DNA from: Azolla caroliniana
Lineage: Eukaryota; Plantae; Polypodiophyta
Direction of reading: 5' to 3'
Assembly (NCBI GenBank): GCA_043228905.1
Contig: JBHGNT010000015.1
Location: 9,610,001 to 9,674,000 of the forward strand
DNA length: 64,000 nt
Position numbers and translations under genes: made by a program. Shown here piece by piece: positions 1 to 13,120 of the stretch. The notes below the pieces were generated by a model. That model made no database searches and was not told where the DNA came from. It saw nothing but the letters and a program-made list of their open reading frames with translations. Positions within the stretch are counted from its first letter, which is position 1. Each line of letters begins with the position of its first letter.

Positions 1-1114
1 CCGGAAGAAGAGGAGACACGAAGATGAATGAAGCCGAGTCGACGAAGGAAGAGTTGTGAAGAAGAGTTGGTCAGAGCAAGCGGCTGTGAAGAAGAGTTGT
101 GCACTCAAGAAGAGAAGTGCATGCTGTGCGGAGGTCATCACGACGGTACTGACCATGATACAGAGTCGAATGAAGAATTTGATTTCGGTTCACCGGCTGA
201 AGAAGCCGAGGGAAGCATAGAGAAGGCCAAGACTCGGAAGTGTTCCGATGTGGTGAGAGGCCTGATGCCGGAAGTCGAATCGGAGTGTACCGATTCGGAC
301 AAGAGCTGGAACGAGTCAGAGACAGCTGACTCGGATCAACAGATGGATCCGGATGAGACGGATCGAGTGAAGGCCAAGGGGACACGGACACAGCGGAAGT
401 CAATGCCATCGCGGGAGAACCGACGGATCGGCAAGCGCGGGAGTCACAGCAACGTGAGTGCCGAGATGGGCCTATTGAGCAGACATGCCGACCGAGAGGG
501 TCGAGGCGCGCAGAACCAAAGGGGTCGCGGCAAACGGGACTGGACCGGACGAGGAGCGCGAGCAAGGCGGAGTGACGCCAGGAGAAGTCAGTTGGAAGAA
601 CCGACTGCCACAGAGGTCGACACTACGACCCCACCTTAGGTTGAGCTTGAGGGGCAGTGTTGAGCGGCAAGCTCAACCGGAGCCGGATCGGCTGAATAAG
701 CCGGAGCCGGTAAGCGAGACGGATCGGGCGAAACGGATCGGGCGAAACGGATCGGTATGACGGTGAGCAACCGAACCGGAAAGCAGTGGAGGCCGGGTGC
801 AATCTGTAACCGGAAGTCCAATTGGAAGCCTAGTATAGGATAGACTACTAGGTAGCTATAGTCTCGTAGTAAGTGTCCGATGCTCGTGTGAGCATTGAAG
901 TACATGGTACTTCTGTCAGTCCCAAGAGGACTTGTATAAATAGTGCTACTTAGCATAGTGTGTGTACAGAGTCTTGATATAATTTTGAAATTGTGTTCTG
1001 CTCTCTCTGTCTGTGTGTCTGTCTGTGTGTCTGTGTGTCTGTGTGTCTGTCTGTCTGTCTGTCTCTCTCTCTGTTGTTCTCTGTTTTACGCTTCCGCAAA
1101 CACTTACGTTTACA
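1..1114 (+). mobile_element. 3' end of Ty1/Copia LTR retrotransposon (post-RNaseH extension region, PPT, 3' LTR)
   Basis: ORF 28-639 shares ESxEEFDF and GRGAR.RR motifs with the 3' extension of the Copia at 21100-21596; PPT-like TTGAGGGGCAG precedes TGTTGAG at 658. Confidence 0.8.
658..1114 (+). repeat. Copia 3' LTR (~457 bp)
   Basis: Starts TGTTGAG; ends TACGCTTCCGC...TTTACA like the LTR end that precedes the Met PBS at 35814; TATA-like TATAAATA at ~936; CT/GT microsatellite. Confidence 0.75.
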
Positions 1115-1404
1115 ATGGAGTTATGATGTTGTTTCGTAGCCACTTATGGGATCATCATAACATTTCGTGGGTAAATCTCTCTTTCTTTCTTTCCCCCCCT
1201 CCCCCCCAATTATTTACATATGTACATATTTGTCTATCAACTATACACCTTGCTCTATTGGTTGACCCCGGATGTTGTTGTTGGTCCTCCGACTTGGTGA
1301 CCTCTAGTACCTGTCCAGTGTTGTCGTTCCGGATTGCCAAATCGTCGGGTCGCCGATTCATGTCCCAGTAGAGCAGAGGTAACATGTATTGATTTTTGAT
1401 TTCA

Positions 1405-2710
1405 GGTGGCTTGTTTCCCCATATCCTAGATTGCCGAAGTTTGCAAAGTTTTGCGAGACAAAGGAGGACTTTAACAATATATATGGTCTGTTGCTAGAGG
1501 GTATTGACCCTGCTTTCAAACAGATAAATTGATTAGTGATGTAGACTGGTTGTCAATCTATAAAGTGCCTAGAGTGAAAAGCAAGGTGAAGCTCAAGCAT
1601 GTACGACCGGAGCTGTATGACGACTACATGAGGCTCCACCAAAAAGTACATCAAGAGATCGCGGTCAACAACGAGTTGTCCGTTGCTTCAACAGAGCTTT
1701 TGCATACGAGTATTGCAAAACAACAAAGGATGCAACAAACCTTGAAATGTACAGGGTGGCTTGGGCTATTTATGGTGAGGCATTGGTAGAACGATGCTGA
1801 AAGATGGGGGAGCTTGCAACAAAAAATGGCAAGATTCTGGAGCATGGCAATTGATGATGCAACTGCCGACTTCCAACAAAACCCACAAGTTTACACCACA
1901 TCAAAACACAATAAAAGCCAATATCGATGATACAGGTGAGACATTGATTAGCTATATACTGAAAAATGTCCATGAAGCCTGTGAGACATTGGAGGCAACA
2001 AAGACTGATTTAGAGAAAGCAACATTGGTTGCTGCGATGGAGAGCAGTGACAACAATCAAAAATAAGATTTAGGTAGCTATTGTTTTGCTAGTATCTAAC
2101 ATGTTATAAATAACTTGTACATGAAAATGTGCTTAGTGAGGCATTATGTAGAACAAGTTTCTCAACATGAGCTCGAAATTGAGGTGCAGCTAGATCCCCA
2201 ACGGAAAATACAATTGCAGACAGAGATCTAGGTTTTTTCATTGAACTTGGACCTTCTAGGTGTAAATACAATTGCTGATTACAATTTGGAGAACCCCTAA
2301 GTAAGTTAATGATTCTTGTTTCTTGTTGTTCTATCTTCCTCATTAAGGAATGATTTATCGACAACGTTCTAGGAACAATACTCCTGTTAAGAACAAGTAG
2401 TTAGTTGCCTTAAGAAGCAACAACATTTTGTGGAGGGGATGGTAAGGAGCAGACAAGAATTGAACCTCAACATTCTTTGCGCCCTCACCAAACGAAGGAG
2501 AACTAGGCAATGATATATTGACTGTTCAAGCACGTTGCATCGCTTGCGGCTTAGGTGTAGAGGACAAAACTATTACTCTGTTGGTATACCTACGACCATG
2601 CCAGCAGACATACCATATCGTTTGTTTTCAATATGCCCATCGCATTGCTGCAGTCTGTTTGGGGGATTGCAATACAACTCTCCCACATGAGTGGAGAAAA
2701 CTGTCAGGTA
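1405..2710 (+). pseudogene. Degraded coding fragments ending in a RING/zinc-finger-like exon (possible DNA-transposon accessory gene)
   Basis: ORF pieces 1529-1789, 1794-2066 and 2518-2748; the last reads CIAC...PCQQTYHIVC...CLGDC. Confidence 0.3.
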
Positions 2711-2734
2711 AAATTGCTTCTGGTCTCTATAGTG

Positions 2735-3300
2735 TAGTAGCTAATTAGTTATATCTTAGCTAATTAGCTAAGCCATATAAAGTGTGGTAGCTATTTAGCT
2801 GTTATGGTTTAGTAGTGTAGTAGCTAATTAGCTACAACGTAGGTAATTAGCTAAGCGGTATAAAGTAGTAGCTAATTAGCTACAATGTAATGTTATACTG
2901 CTTACCTAAGCAGTATCAAGATTGGTAGCTAATTAGCCAAGATGTAGCTAATTAGCTAAGCAGTATCAAGTGTGGTAGCTAATTATCTACTATCATACTT
3001 AAGCAGAATAGCTAATTAGCTAAGATGTAGCTAATTAGCTACTATCAATCTATAGTTTAGCAGCTAATTAGCTAAGATGAACTAATGAGCTAAGTAGTAT
3101 CAAGAGTGGTAGCTAATTAGCTATTGCCATAGTTAAGAAGAATAGCTAATTACCTAAGATGTAGCTAATTAGGCATTGCTATCCTATAGTCTAGGAGCTA
3201 ATTAGCTACAATGTAGCTAATTAGCTAATACCATACTTAAGTAGAATAGCTAATTAGCTAAGATGTAGCTAATTAGATAAGATGAGCTAATTAGGTAAGC
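2735..3300. repeat. Array of the 14-bp palindrome TAGCTAATTAGCTA
   Basis: Many exact and degenerate copies separated by short spacers. Confidence 0.9.
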
Positions 3301-4269
3301 AGTATCAACAGTGGTAGGGTGAAAGCAAGCTACGGTGTACCAACTTTTAGCCAAAATTTTAGTACTATTTTGATTAAGAGAATAAACACTATAATTTATA
3401 ATAAATCCAATAAAAGTGACTAAAATGTTTATCATCACTTATTAAAAATATAAAAGTCACATTCAATGGGTTCAAAATTTAAAAGAGCAATAAACCCACA
3501 CATCCTTCTAGTGTTACGTCTTTGTCCAAGTGTCCCTTGTGTAATAAATTCCAATTGAGGTTGAAAGTGCATATGTCGAGGTAAACTTATACAGAGTCTT
3601 TAATTGTTGAAGGTTAGTGAGTGAGCGAGTCACTCACTCACTCACTCACTCTCTCTCTCTCTTTCTCAGTCTCTTTGTCTGTATATCTCTTTCTCTTTGT
3701 CTCTCTCTTTCTCAGATCTCCCTCTCTCTCAGATCCCTCTTTGCTTCTCCTGCATTCACAGGTGTTCAAGTTGTGGTGATGCTTCAGACCATTTGCACCT
3801 CTAGGCAACCACGTTCTGTGTTCGATTTGACCCTTCTGCAACCTCAAGGCGCTCTGTGTTCACTCTGTCCCCACCATCTCTGCTCGTTGGTGCTTGTTGT
3901 GTCACATCATCCAGAGCGAACAAGAGTTCTCTGCTCTTTGTTGTTGTTGTGATCCATCTGCAACGAACATGCATTCTCTGCTCTTTTTTATTATTGTGAC
4001 CCCTCTACGATGTATCAGGCATTCTTTGCTCACTTTGTCCCCTCTACTCATTGTGTTAATTCCATCTCTACTCGTTGTCCTTGTTGTGACTCCTCTACAA
4101 CAAACATGCAACAATTTCTTCAAAGGACACAACATCTAGGTCTCCTCCTATTGTAGGTTTTGTTGCATGATCTACAACAAGTTGTTGGCAAATAACTTGT
4201 AACTCTACCACATATTCATTGAGAAGCTTCAACTATTCGGGAAGAGGTATATTCTTGTTGATTTTGTTT

Positions 4270-4745
4270 GTAAATGTTCTTGTTATGTCTGGTTTTTCAA
4301 ATCTGTTCATTTGAGAGTCTTGTATAGAAATATGCTTGAGTCTTGTACACGCTCATTATGGTAAGGGGGTGCTATGATTATGTGATGCTATTGATATATT
4401 ATCTTCCTCAAAATGTTCTTGTTGAGCGTGTTTGTTGTTGTTCCTACTCTTCATTTGTCTTGTTTTTCAAAAGCGTTCATTTGAGAGTCTTGTACAAAAA
4501 TATCCTTGAGTCTTGTACATGTTCACATATGGTAAGGGGGCGTTATGATGATATGATGTTATTTATATGTTATCTTCCTCAACGTGTTCTTGTTGAGTAT
4601 GTTTGTCGTCTTGTTTTTCAAATGTGTTCATTTGAGAGTCTTGTAACATGTATATGGTTGAGTCTAGTACATGTTCACATTTGGAAAGGTGTGCTATGAT
4701 GATATGGTCCTATGTATATGTCATGTTCCTCAACATGTTCTTGTT
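4270..4745. repeat. Degenerate ~150-170 bp tandem repeat (3 copies, further decayed copies to ~5130)
   Basis: TTTTCAAA..GTTCATTTGAGAGTCTTGTA recurs at ~4294, ~4464 and ~4615. Confidence 0.75.
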
Positions 4746-6124
4746 CAGTATTTTTGGTGATGTTCTTGCTCTTGTTCTATCTATTGTTCTTGTTCTTGTT
4801 CTTTTTGTTGTTGTTCTTGTTTTCTCCAGTGTTCATCCAAGAGCTGAGATATGAATCTTGCACTTGTTGAGGCTTGGAAATGACATGTCTAAGAAGTGCT
4901 TTGTTCTTGATCTGGACTATTATGTCATGTTCTTGTTGTTTTTGTTGATGTTGCTGCAATTGTTCTGTTTCTTCTCAGTGTTCATTTGTGAGTCGAGATT
5001 TAGTAATTCTGTGATGACAAGTATATGATTTGTTATTTTTGATCCAGACTATTATGTCATGTTCTTGTTCTTGTTCTTGTTGTTGGTGTTATTGTTTTTG
5101 TGTAGTGTTCATTTGAGGGTCGAGATATGCTTGAATCTGCTTTGCTTCATCTTCTTGTTGTTGGAAAGGGGGATGCTTGACTTAGTACTGCTATGTTGAA
5201 AAGTTGTTTTCTTGTTGTTATTCTTCTTGTTCCTGTTGATTTAGTATTGTTGTCTAGACATATTTATAGTGTGGTAATTTGTTGCGCGATTTAGGAATGG
5301 TATTCTGCTATGTATATTGATGTGTGAAGTACTAGTTTATAGCTATGCAAGGGAGTTAATACTGTGTTGTGGAAGCTTTTTTAGAAGAAGAGTGAGAACT
5401 AGAAAAATGACAAAGAAGACACCCATGAAGAAGGCACTAGTCAAAGATGAAGTGATGACACACACAAAGGAAAGAACGTGAACCCCCCATCAAAGAAACT
5501 AAATAGACACACACCAAAGAAAGGGTGAAGCGCATGTGTTTTTGCATGTGAAGTTCAAGTGACATTGAAGTTGACTAGGAAGACTTTACTCGTCACTAGT
5601 CATCACATTATAGAGAGTCCTCTAGTACAAACACTAGCTTGAAATCTGAGGATGCCTATGAGGATATCTCTCCTTTTACCTTCTATGGTAAATATTTTTC
5701 TCCTTTAGCTATTATGTTGTAGTTTGTGTCTCCAAGTGCAGGTGTGTATTCTGTGGCCTTGGATTCAATCTCGAGGCTATGGATGTTGTGATTACACTCT
5801 GTTTGCACACATATCATACGCTATGTGCTAAGTACCACTTTGAGAAAGTAAATACATGCATGGACTGTAAAATTACGGTTGGAGTTGAATGATACTTAGC
5901 TATGGGTTTCAAAGTTCACTCCTCTGGTATGTGATACTACTATTATGTTTTTTAGTATTTTCTGATTCCATTTTATAGTTGCTTTGGTATTGGTTTAGCT
6001 CACAATTCATACCAGAAAATAGAAAATTCATGGTTTAGTACTAGTTTCGCTCCATATACTATATGTTGCATCAATATTTATGTCGTTTAGTTCGTGTGCA
6101 TTCATCGTAACTAATTTTACATGT

Positions 6125-6479
6125 TGGTGTATAGTTGTTGTAGTACTAAACATGCTACTCTTACTAAATCCCTTCTATATTTAGGCGGGCTAGTACTAGC
6201 ATAGTACACACTTAAGGACACCTTTAGGTGTACAATTGGTGGAGTACTAAAATCCATCTTATATTTAGGTGGGCTAGTACTAACATAGTATGCACTTCAT
6301 TCAGTAAGTAGTTGTACAATTGGTTTAGTACTAGAATCTATTATATATTTATGTGGGCTAGTACTAGCATATTACACACTTCAAGAGACCTTTAGGTGTA
6401 CAGTTGGTGTAGTACTAGAATCCATCCTATATTTAGGTGAGCTAATACTAACATAGTACACACTTCAGTATGCAATTAG
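6125..6479. repeat. 84-bp satellite (168-bp dimer), left part
   Basis: AGTACTAGAATCCATCCTATATTTAGGTG units; the array resumes after the Gypsy insertion at 16395. Confidence 0.85.
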
Positions 6480-6914
6480 TGTTACCGGCCGGCAAAGGAG
6501 TCCAGAGTGGGAAATGGAGAGTTATTTAAGTAGTAGGAATGTGGTTGTAATTAAGCTATGAGTGTGGACGGACGGACCGGAAACGGTATGCCGTTCCGGA
6601 TCTGGACCGATCCCGAACAGGTGCGGATGGCACCGTTTTGTAATACAGACCGGAAACCTATTTAAAGGCCCGGATACAATGTAATCATTAGCGGTTAATT
6701 AATGGAAGCTTAAGCGTTGTTATCTCTCTATGTTAATTGCCGTTCTATCTTAATTGTTATATCTTACGCGTGTGTTATGAAAGACAATCATAATAAGTAA
6801 CTTAATCGAGTAGGATTAAGCATTGAGGTAGATCCGGTTGCCGTAATACCCTTTGGGGAAGTGTCTTCCGTAGACACCCTGTGTTAGGCCATTGTCCGGC
6901 CCTAAGAGTTAACA
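6480..6914 (+). repeat. Gypsy-1 5' LTR
   Basis: TGTTACC...GTTAACA; about 10 substitutions versus the 3' LTR by eye, nearly all transitions. Confidence 0.97.
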
Positions 6915-6921
6915 CAGTTTT

Positions 6922-6933
6922 TGGCGACCACGA
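6922..6933 (+). promoter_or_regulatory. Primer-binding site (tRNA-Arg type, short match)
   Basis: TGGCGACCACGA 7 nt after the LTR; complementary to a tRNA-Arg 3' end ...GTGGTCGCCA. Confidence 0.7.
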
Positions 6934-7268
6934 TTCCTGTTTTTGCAGCGAACGACGGCACGGATGGATGTCTAGATCAATGCACGACCTGGTTACAGAT
7001 CGAACTCGATGCCTTGCCGAAAGGCAAAGGAGACGCGAGGCTTTCCAGCAAGCGGCGCAGGAAATTAGAGCGGATCGCTCGTTTTCCAACGTAATCCGGA
7101 GAGTAGCAGAGGACTCCCTCTGGTTACAGCAAACATCGCACCCGGACGACGGCAGCAGCCTAAGCAGCCTCCGGGAAACCGAATCCCTTCTCCACGCGTT
7201 GGCAAACGGAGAAGGCGAAGCAGAAGCCTTTTCCAGCATATGAATCGGACTCCGAAGGGGAATACAAC

Positions 7269-10200
7269 GTGCACACGAACTACCGTAGCAGCAATGAAAC
7301 CCCGGGCGGACCGGGGGACGAAGGATCAGATACCTTACCGACACCAGAACCGGAAGTGCTAACGCTGGAACCCCCGGAACCAGCAGAGGAAGAGCGACCT
7401 CCGACACCGGAAGTCGAAGAGGAGAGGCCTCCGTCACCAAAGGAAGAGGAAAAACAACCGACGCCGGAAACAAATCGGGAAAGACCACCGACGCCGGAGA
7501 AAATTCCGGAATGAGCACCAACACTACTAGCCCGCGCACCGATATCGGACGACGACATGCCGTTCCAGTACTCCAAGTATAGAGATGATCCGGACGCGGA
7601 AGCTCATGTGCACGCCTTTGAACAGACATGGGCAGCCAACCATGTGTCCCAACGATTGACCCCGGAGGAAGAAGAACGCTCTAAGATAGCGGAATTTGGC
7701 GTCACATTGGAGGGAGCGACAGCAAGATGGCGCCGGACGCAGGACCCGTCTACCATCAACACCTTTGCAGATTTAAAAGCTAAATTCTTGCATTTTTTTC
7801 AAAAGGAGGTGGACCAGACCGTAATGGTAGGCTTATTTTATACCATCCGGCAAGAGGCAAGGGAGAGCATTCCCCAATTTGTCATTCGGTTTCAACGGAT
7901 GCATAGTCAGCTTGCCCGCGCAACCCCGGAGGAGGAATTACGGACTATATTCCTAAACGCGCTCCGCGAACCTCTACGCACGGTTTGCACGGTAATTGAT
8001 TTCCGCACAAGTACCATCGACCAGGTCATTGACCGGGTGAGAGAGATGGAAAAGACAAGCTCCTGGCTCACACTGGGAGCACTTCAACGGGCGTTACCGT
8101 CCGATGAAGACCTCCGGTTTCGGCAAGCAATACAGTGCACAACCTGCTTGAATTCCGGACACTCGGCTCTAGAATGCACTATGAGGACGCAATGTGTAAT
8201 CTGTCAATCCAAGAGCCATACGGCGGATAGGTGCGAGTATAATCTATTGAACCGGTAAGCACCGCCCGTCCGACAAATTGAGCCACGCAGTAGCCGGTAT
8301 GAAGAAGACGAACGTTGGCGGCGAATGGACCGCGACCGACCGGCACAGGATGTCTGGCACGACGATCGACGGGAAAATGATGTTCGGTACGGTGATCAGC
8401 GGGATAACTATGACCGGCATGATTGGTACCAGGGTTACAATAGACTATACGAACATTACGACCGGGAGCACTCCCCCGGATATCGTCCACAACGGGAGGA
8501 ATACGGCAGATATAACGGGCAACCCCGTCAAGAGTACCGTAATAAGAAGAGCTATAACAAAAAACGGCATTTTAGAAAAGGCGGCTACCCCCGGGATCCG
8601 GAACAAGGAGCTCCAAGCAGCCAACCGGTACAAAACCCCGCGCGTACCGCAGGACCTGCCCCGGGTACAACAGACAATGCCGAATCTAGCAATACCCGGA
8701 AAGCCTACTGCTACTACTGCCGATAGGAAGGCCATTATAGTAACCAATGCCTGGTGAAGAGCTATGAAAAACGACCGGCGGTAAATATGGTAGTCCCTGA
8801 GGTGGCAGATCTGCAGCAGGTGACCACAAGGTCGAAGGGCATGGCCAAGGAATGGGAGACGCAGGAGACCATCCGGAAACAAGCAACGGAATGGGTAAAG
8901 AAAGAAAACGAACAGAATGTCATAGATTTACAAAAGCAAAAGGAGAACACCGCAGGGCTTGCCGGCGGTAGTCACTTCGAGAACGAGACATGGCAGGCGT
9001 TGCAAGAGTGCCAGATTACGTTGCCACTAGGAAGACTCCTACAACTCGTGCCAAGATTCACGGAAGGACTGAAGACGGCCATGACGGCAGGAGAACCATC
9101 ACCGACACCGGTACTCTTCTCGAATCCGGAGGAGGGACCAACAGTTGTGGACACCAGCAGTCCGGTAATCACTGCCATTGTAAAAGGGAAAGAACTTCCC
9201 GGCACAGTTATAGATGGAGGCTCTAGGGTGAATGTAATAAGCCTCCGGACGTGTGATGCCCTAGGAATTCACAAGTGGGAGCCGTGTCCGTTTTGGTTGC
9301 GGATGGCCGATACAAGCTCAGTGCGGCCGACAGGATTAATACGGAAATTAGAAGTCACCGTCGGCGGTCATACATTTTACATCTCGGCCGTAGTGCTACA
9401 ATTACAGGCACAAGGCGCATACCCGCTATTGCTGGGGCGGCCATGGTTGAAAATGGCACATATCAAACAGAATTGGCATAAAAATATAATTACCTTCCGG
9501 CGAGGAAAAGCCAAGGTACGGGTACCAACATAGCCAAGGATGAGCATTGGCAAGGAATGTACACCGTTGTATGCGGAATGCGTCAACATGCTAGAAGGGT
9601 TAGCGGACGAAGAAGAAGCTCAGTACCAGCAGGAAAACCCGAAGATCATACCCCTCTTCGAAATTGACATTGCCGAAGTAGTAGCACCATACTTACCGCA
9701 ACCGGAAGAGGCTGAAGCAGAACCGGATAAAGACGCAATCCGGGAGTTACGGCAAGCGCAGGAAGCGTTGGAACGGGAAATGGCCGTTTCACAGCGCGTG
9801 AAAACGTCGCAATTGGAAGAGGTGAACCTAGGCACTACGGACGAAGCAAAACCGGTGCACATCGCCAAGGAGTTGAATTCCGAAGACAAAACGATGATGA
9901 TCACACTTCTCACGGAATTCCACGATGTGTTCGCCTGGTCATACGAAGATATGCAAGGACTCGACCCTCAGTTATACCAGCATCAGGTGTACTTGAGCAA
10001 GGACGCAAAACCAGTGGCACAAAGACGGTACCGGATGAATCCCAATTATGCCGCCAAAGTCAAGGAGGAAATCGACAAATTGCTAAGAGTTGGCTTTATC
10101 CGTCCGGTAAAGAAAGCGACATGGCTGAGCCTGATCGTAGTCGTACCGAAGAAGAACGGAAAAATTCGAGTTTGCGTGGACTATCGGAAACTCAATGCGG

Positions 10201-12747
10201 CTACGGTAACGGATGCGTTTCCACTTCCGTTCACAGATGGAGTGTTGGATGCCGTCGCCGGCCATGAGGTCTATAGCTTCCTAGACAGATTCATCGGGTA
10301 TAATCAGATCCGGATGCACCCCGACGACCAAGAGAAAACGGCATTCGTCACCAAATGGGGGGTGTTTGTGGCCGTGGTTCGGACTCAAAACGGCACCGGC
10401 AACATTTCAACGAATCATCATGGAAATCTTTGGTGAATATATACCGGCTTTTATGCAGGTTTTCCTTGACGATTTCGCCGTCTATAGCCGGGAGGAGGAC
10501 CATTTTCAGCACCTTCGTCTTTGTCTAGAAAAGTGTAGAGCGTACCGGCTAAGCTTGAATCCGGCAAAGTGTGTATTTGGCGTGTCCAGTGGAACTTTAT
10601 TAGGACATATTGTGAGCCAAGAAGGTATTGCAGTCGACCCGGACAAAGTGAAAGCCATATTAGAAGCACCGGCGCCGGCAACGGCAAAGGCATTAAGCCG
10701 GTTCTTAGGCCAGATCCGGTGGCACAGCCGGATGCTCCGATACTTAGCCGACCTGGCTACACCGTTGCATGCTGCCGTACATCGGACACCATTCCAGTGG
10801 ACCGACACCGAGGATAGAGTGTATAGGGCCCTCAAGGTACTATTGTCGCAGGCACCAGTAGTACAACCTCCGGATTGGAGTAAAGAATTTCACGTGTTCG
10901 TAGACGCCTCCGACATAGCAATCGGAAGTGTACTTATGCAGCTTACGGAGCCAAAATGGTACCGGCCAGTGTACTATGCCAGCCGAAAGCTATCCCAAGT
11001 AGAACGAAACTACTCTACCACGGAACGGGAAGCCCTAGGGATGATCTACAGTGTGACAAAGTTTCGGCATTATTTATTGGGAAGGAAGTTTTCCTTCCAT
11101 GTAGATCATTCAACACTCCTTTACCTGGTGTCCAAAGCGTCACTCACCGGCAAATTGGCCCGGTGGACCTTACTGTTACAGGAGTTCGAGTTTGAAATAT
11201 TCCACAGACCCGGTATACAACATGCCGTGGCGGATTACTTAAGCCGATTAGAGTCCGGAGAGATGGGAGATGGAGTACCGGATGAGTTTCCGGATGCAGA
11301 GCTGTTTTGAGTCACTAGGGAGACGGCAGCAGATGAGACGGTGGCACAGGAAGACAAATGGCTCACAAATATGCACCAGTTTCTGAGCACAGGACTGCCT
11401 CCGGAAGAGATGAACCGGGACGAACGGAAACGCCTGGCGGTGCAAAGCCGACATTTTTGCTTACTGCAAGACACACTGTACCACAAGGGCGCGGACGGCA
11501 TATGGAGACGGGCAGTGCGCATCGATGAAAAGAAATTGATACTGAGGGAAGCCCACTGCGGAGTTGCCGGAGGGCACTATGCCGGAGATGCGATGGCCAG
11601 GAAAATATGGCAAAGTGGCCTATGGTGGCCAACGACACTAAGAGATGCGGTACGATATGCAAAAGAATGTGACCTATGCCAGAGAATGGGTCAGCCAACG
11701 GAGCAGGCTCGTATGCCACACCAACCGGTACTACCACTCGAGCCATTCTAGAAGTGGGGGCTGGACTTTGTAGGACCCTTCAAGCCACCGGCAATGAGAA
11801 CGGGTAATCGGTACGTCATCGTTGCTACGGATTATTGCACGAAATGGGTGGAGGCCAAAGCATTAAGGGATAACACCGCCGCGTCAACGGCGAAGTTTCT
11901 ATATGAGTACATCTGGTGCCGTTGTGGATGCCCAATTGAATTAATAAGCGACCAAGGGGGGCACTTTCTCGGCCAAGTAGTGGAAAGCCTGACGACATTC
12001 TATGCCGTTGTCCACAAACGGAGCACACCTTACTATCCACAGGCGAACGGGTTAGCGGAATCAACGAACAAGACGCTCCAGAATATCCTTCGGAAGATCG
12101 TCAACGAAAACCGGACGGATTGGGACACAAAGCTACATAGCGCGCTTTGGGCATACTGGACGGCATACAAAACGAGCATCCGAACAACACAGTTCCGGTT
12201 AGCATTCGGACTAGAGGCGGTCATGCCGGTAGAATTCCAATTACCCAGCTTACGGATCCAGCTACGGGAACGACTGAACGAGAAGGAGTCGGAGGCAATA
12301 CGGTTGACAACACTGTGTGAGCTCGAGGAACAACGACTGGCCAGCATCCTACATTTAGAATTGGAGCAACGGCAACGGAAAGCATTTGTCGACCGACACA
12401 GGAAAGGTAACGAAAAAATGTTCGCAATCGGCAAACCGGTTTAAGTCTTCCAAACCCGGATGGGCAAGATGCCGGGTAAATTACGGTTTAGATGGACCGG
12501 ACCGTATTGGCTAACACGGGAGTATAACGGGTCCTACCAGTTAGGGACACTTGCCAGTGAAGTGCTAGGCAAATGGGTCAACGGATTCTGGTTGAAGCCA
12601 TATAGAGGACCGATGCCTAAGAACCCATTTGAGCAAACGACCGACACCAGTGAGGGAAACGGCAACCACCAAGACGGCAGAGAAGGCGAGCCAGTAACTG
12701 GGGAGAATGAGGCCGGTAAGGGTTCGAGAGGACCAACGGACAAATGA
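7269..12747 (+). pseudogene. Gypsy-1 gag-pol polyprotein (Gag with three CCHC knuckles, protease IDGGS, RT FLDD, RNase H, integrase), broken by stops and a frameshift
   Basis: Pieces 7269-7514, 7557-8258, 8325-8726, 8754-9533 and 9540-10436 share one frame; 10366-12747 carries FLDDF, FVDASD, HCGVAGGH..CDLC, SDQG, YPQANG and GPY. Confidence 0.95.
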
Positions 12748-13120
12748 CTTCACACTAAATTAAATTGAAAAAAAAAAAAAAAAAAAAAACAATCATGCAA
12801 AAGCGAGGAATGAATGGATGAAAGAGTGAGGAGTGAAAAGGTACGTAGTGGGCATTTAAAGCGCCAACACAAGACATAATGCTATTTTAGTACACAACAT
12901 GCACACATTCGAAAAAGGCGCCATAATGCACAGACAAAAACCACTGCGCGTAGAGACCCTTTACTTTCGCGAACCCAGGAGCACAGAAGCACCAAGACGC
13001 TGCAAGATCATCAGACGAGAACCTGCGCACAGAGAACCCCCGCCTTCTGAACTCTCTCTCTCTCAACCTCACTCTCATCATCATCCAACCTCACCACCGC
13101 AATCCGACCTCGACACAGAA

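Noticed and set aside
943-1371. Hydrophobic ORFs over CT/GT microsatellites (also 3617-3952 and 48756-49110)
   Set aside because: Translation artefacts of simple repeats
12768-12789. Poly(A) tail of a LINE, SINE or retrocopy
   Set aside because: No TSD, and an A-rich tract occupies the same position in Gypsy-2, so it is part of the element
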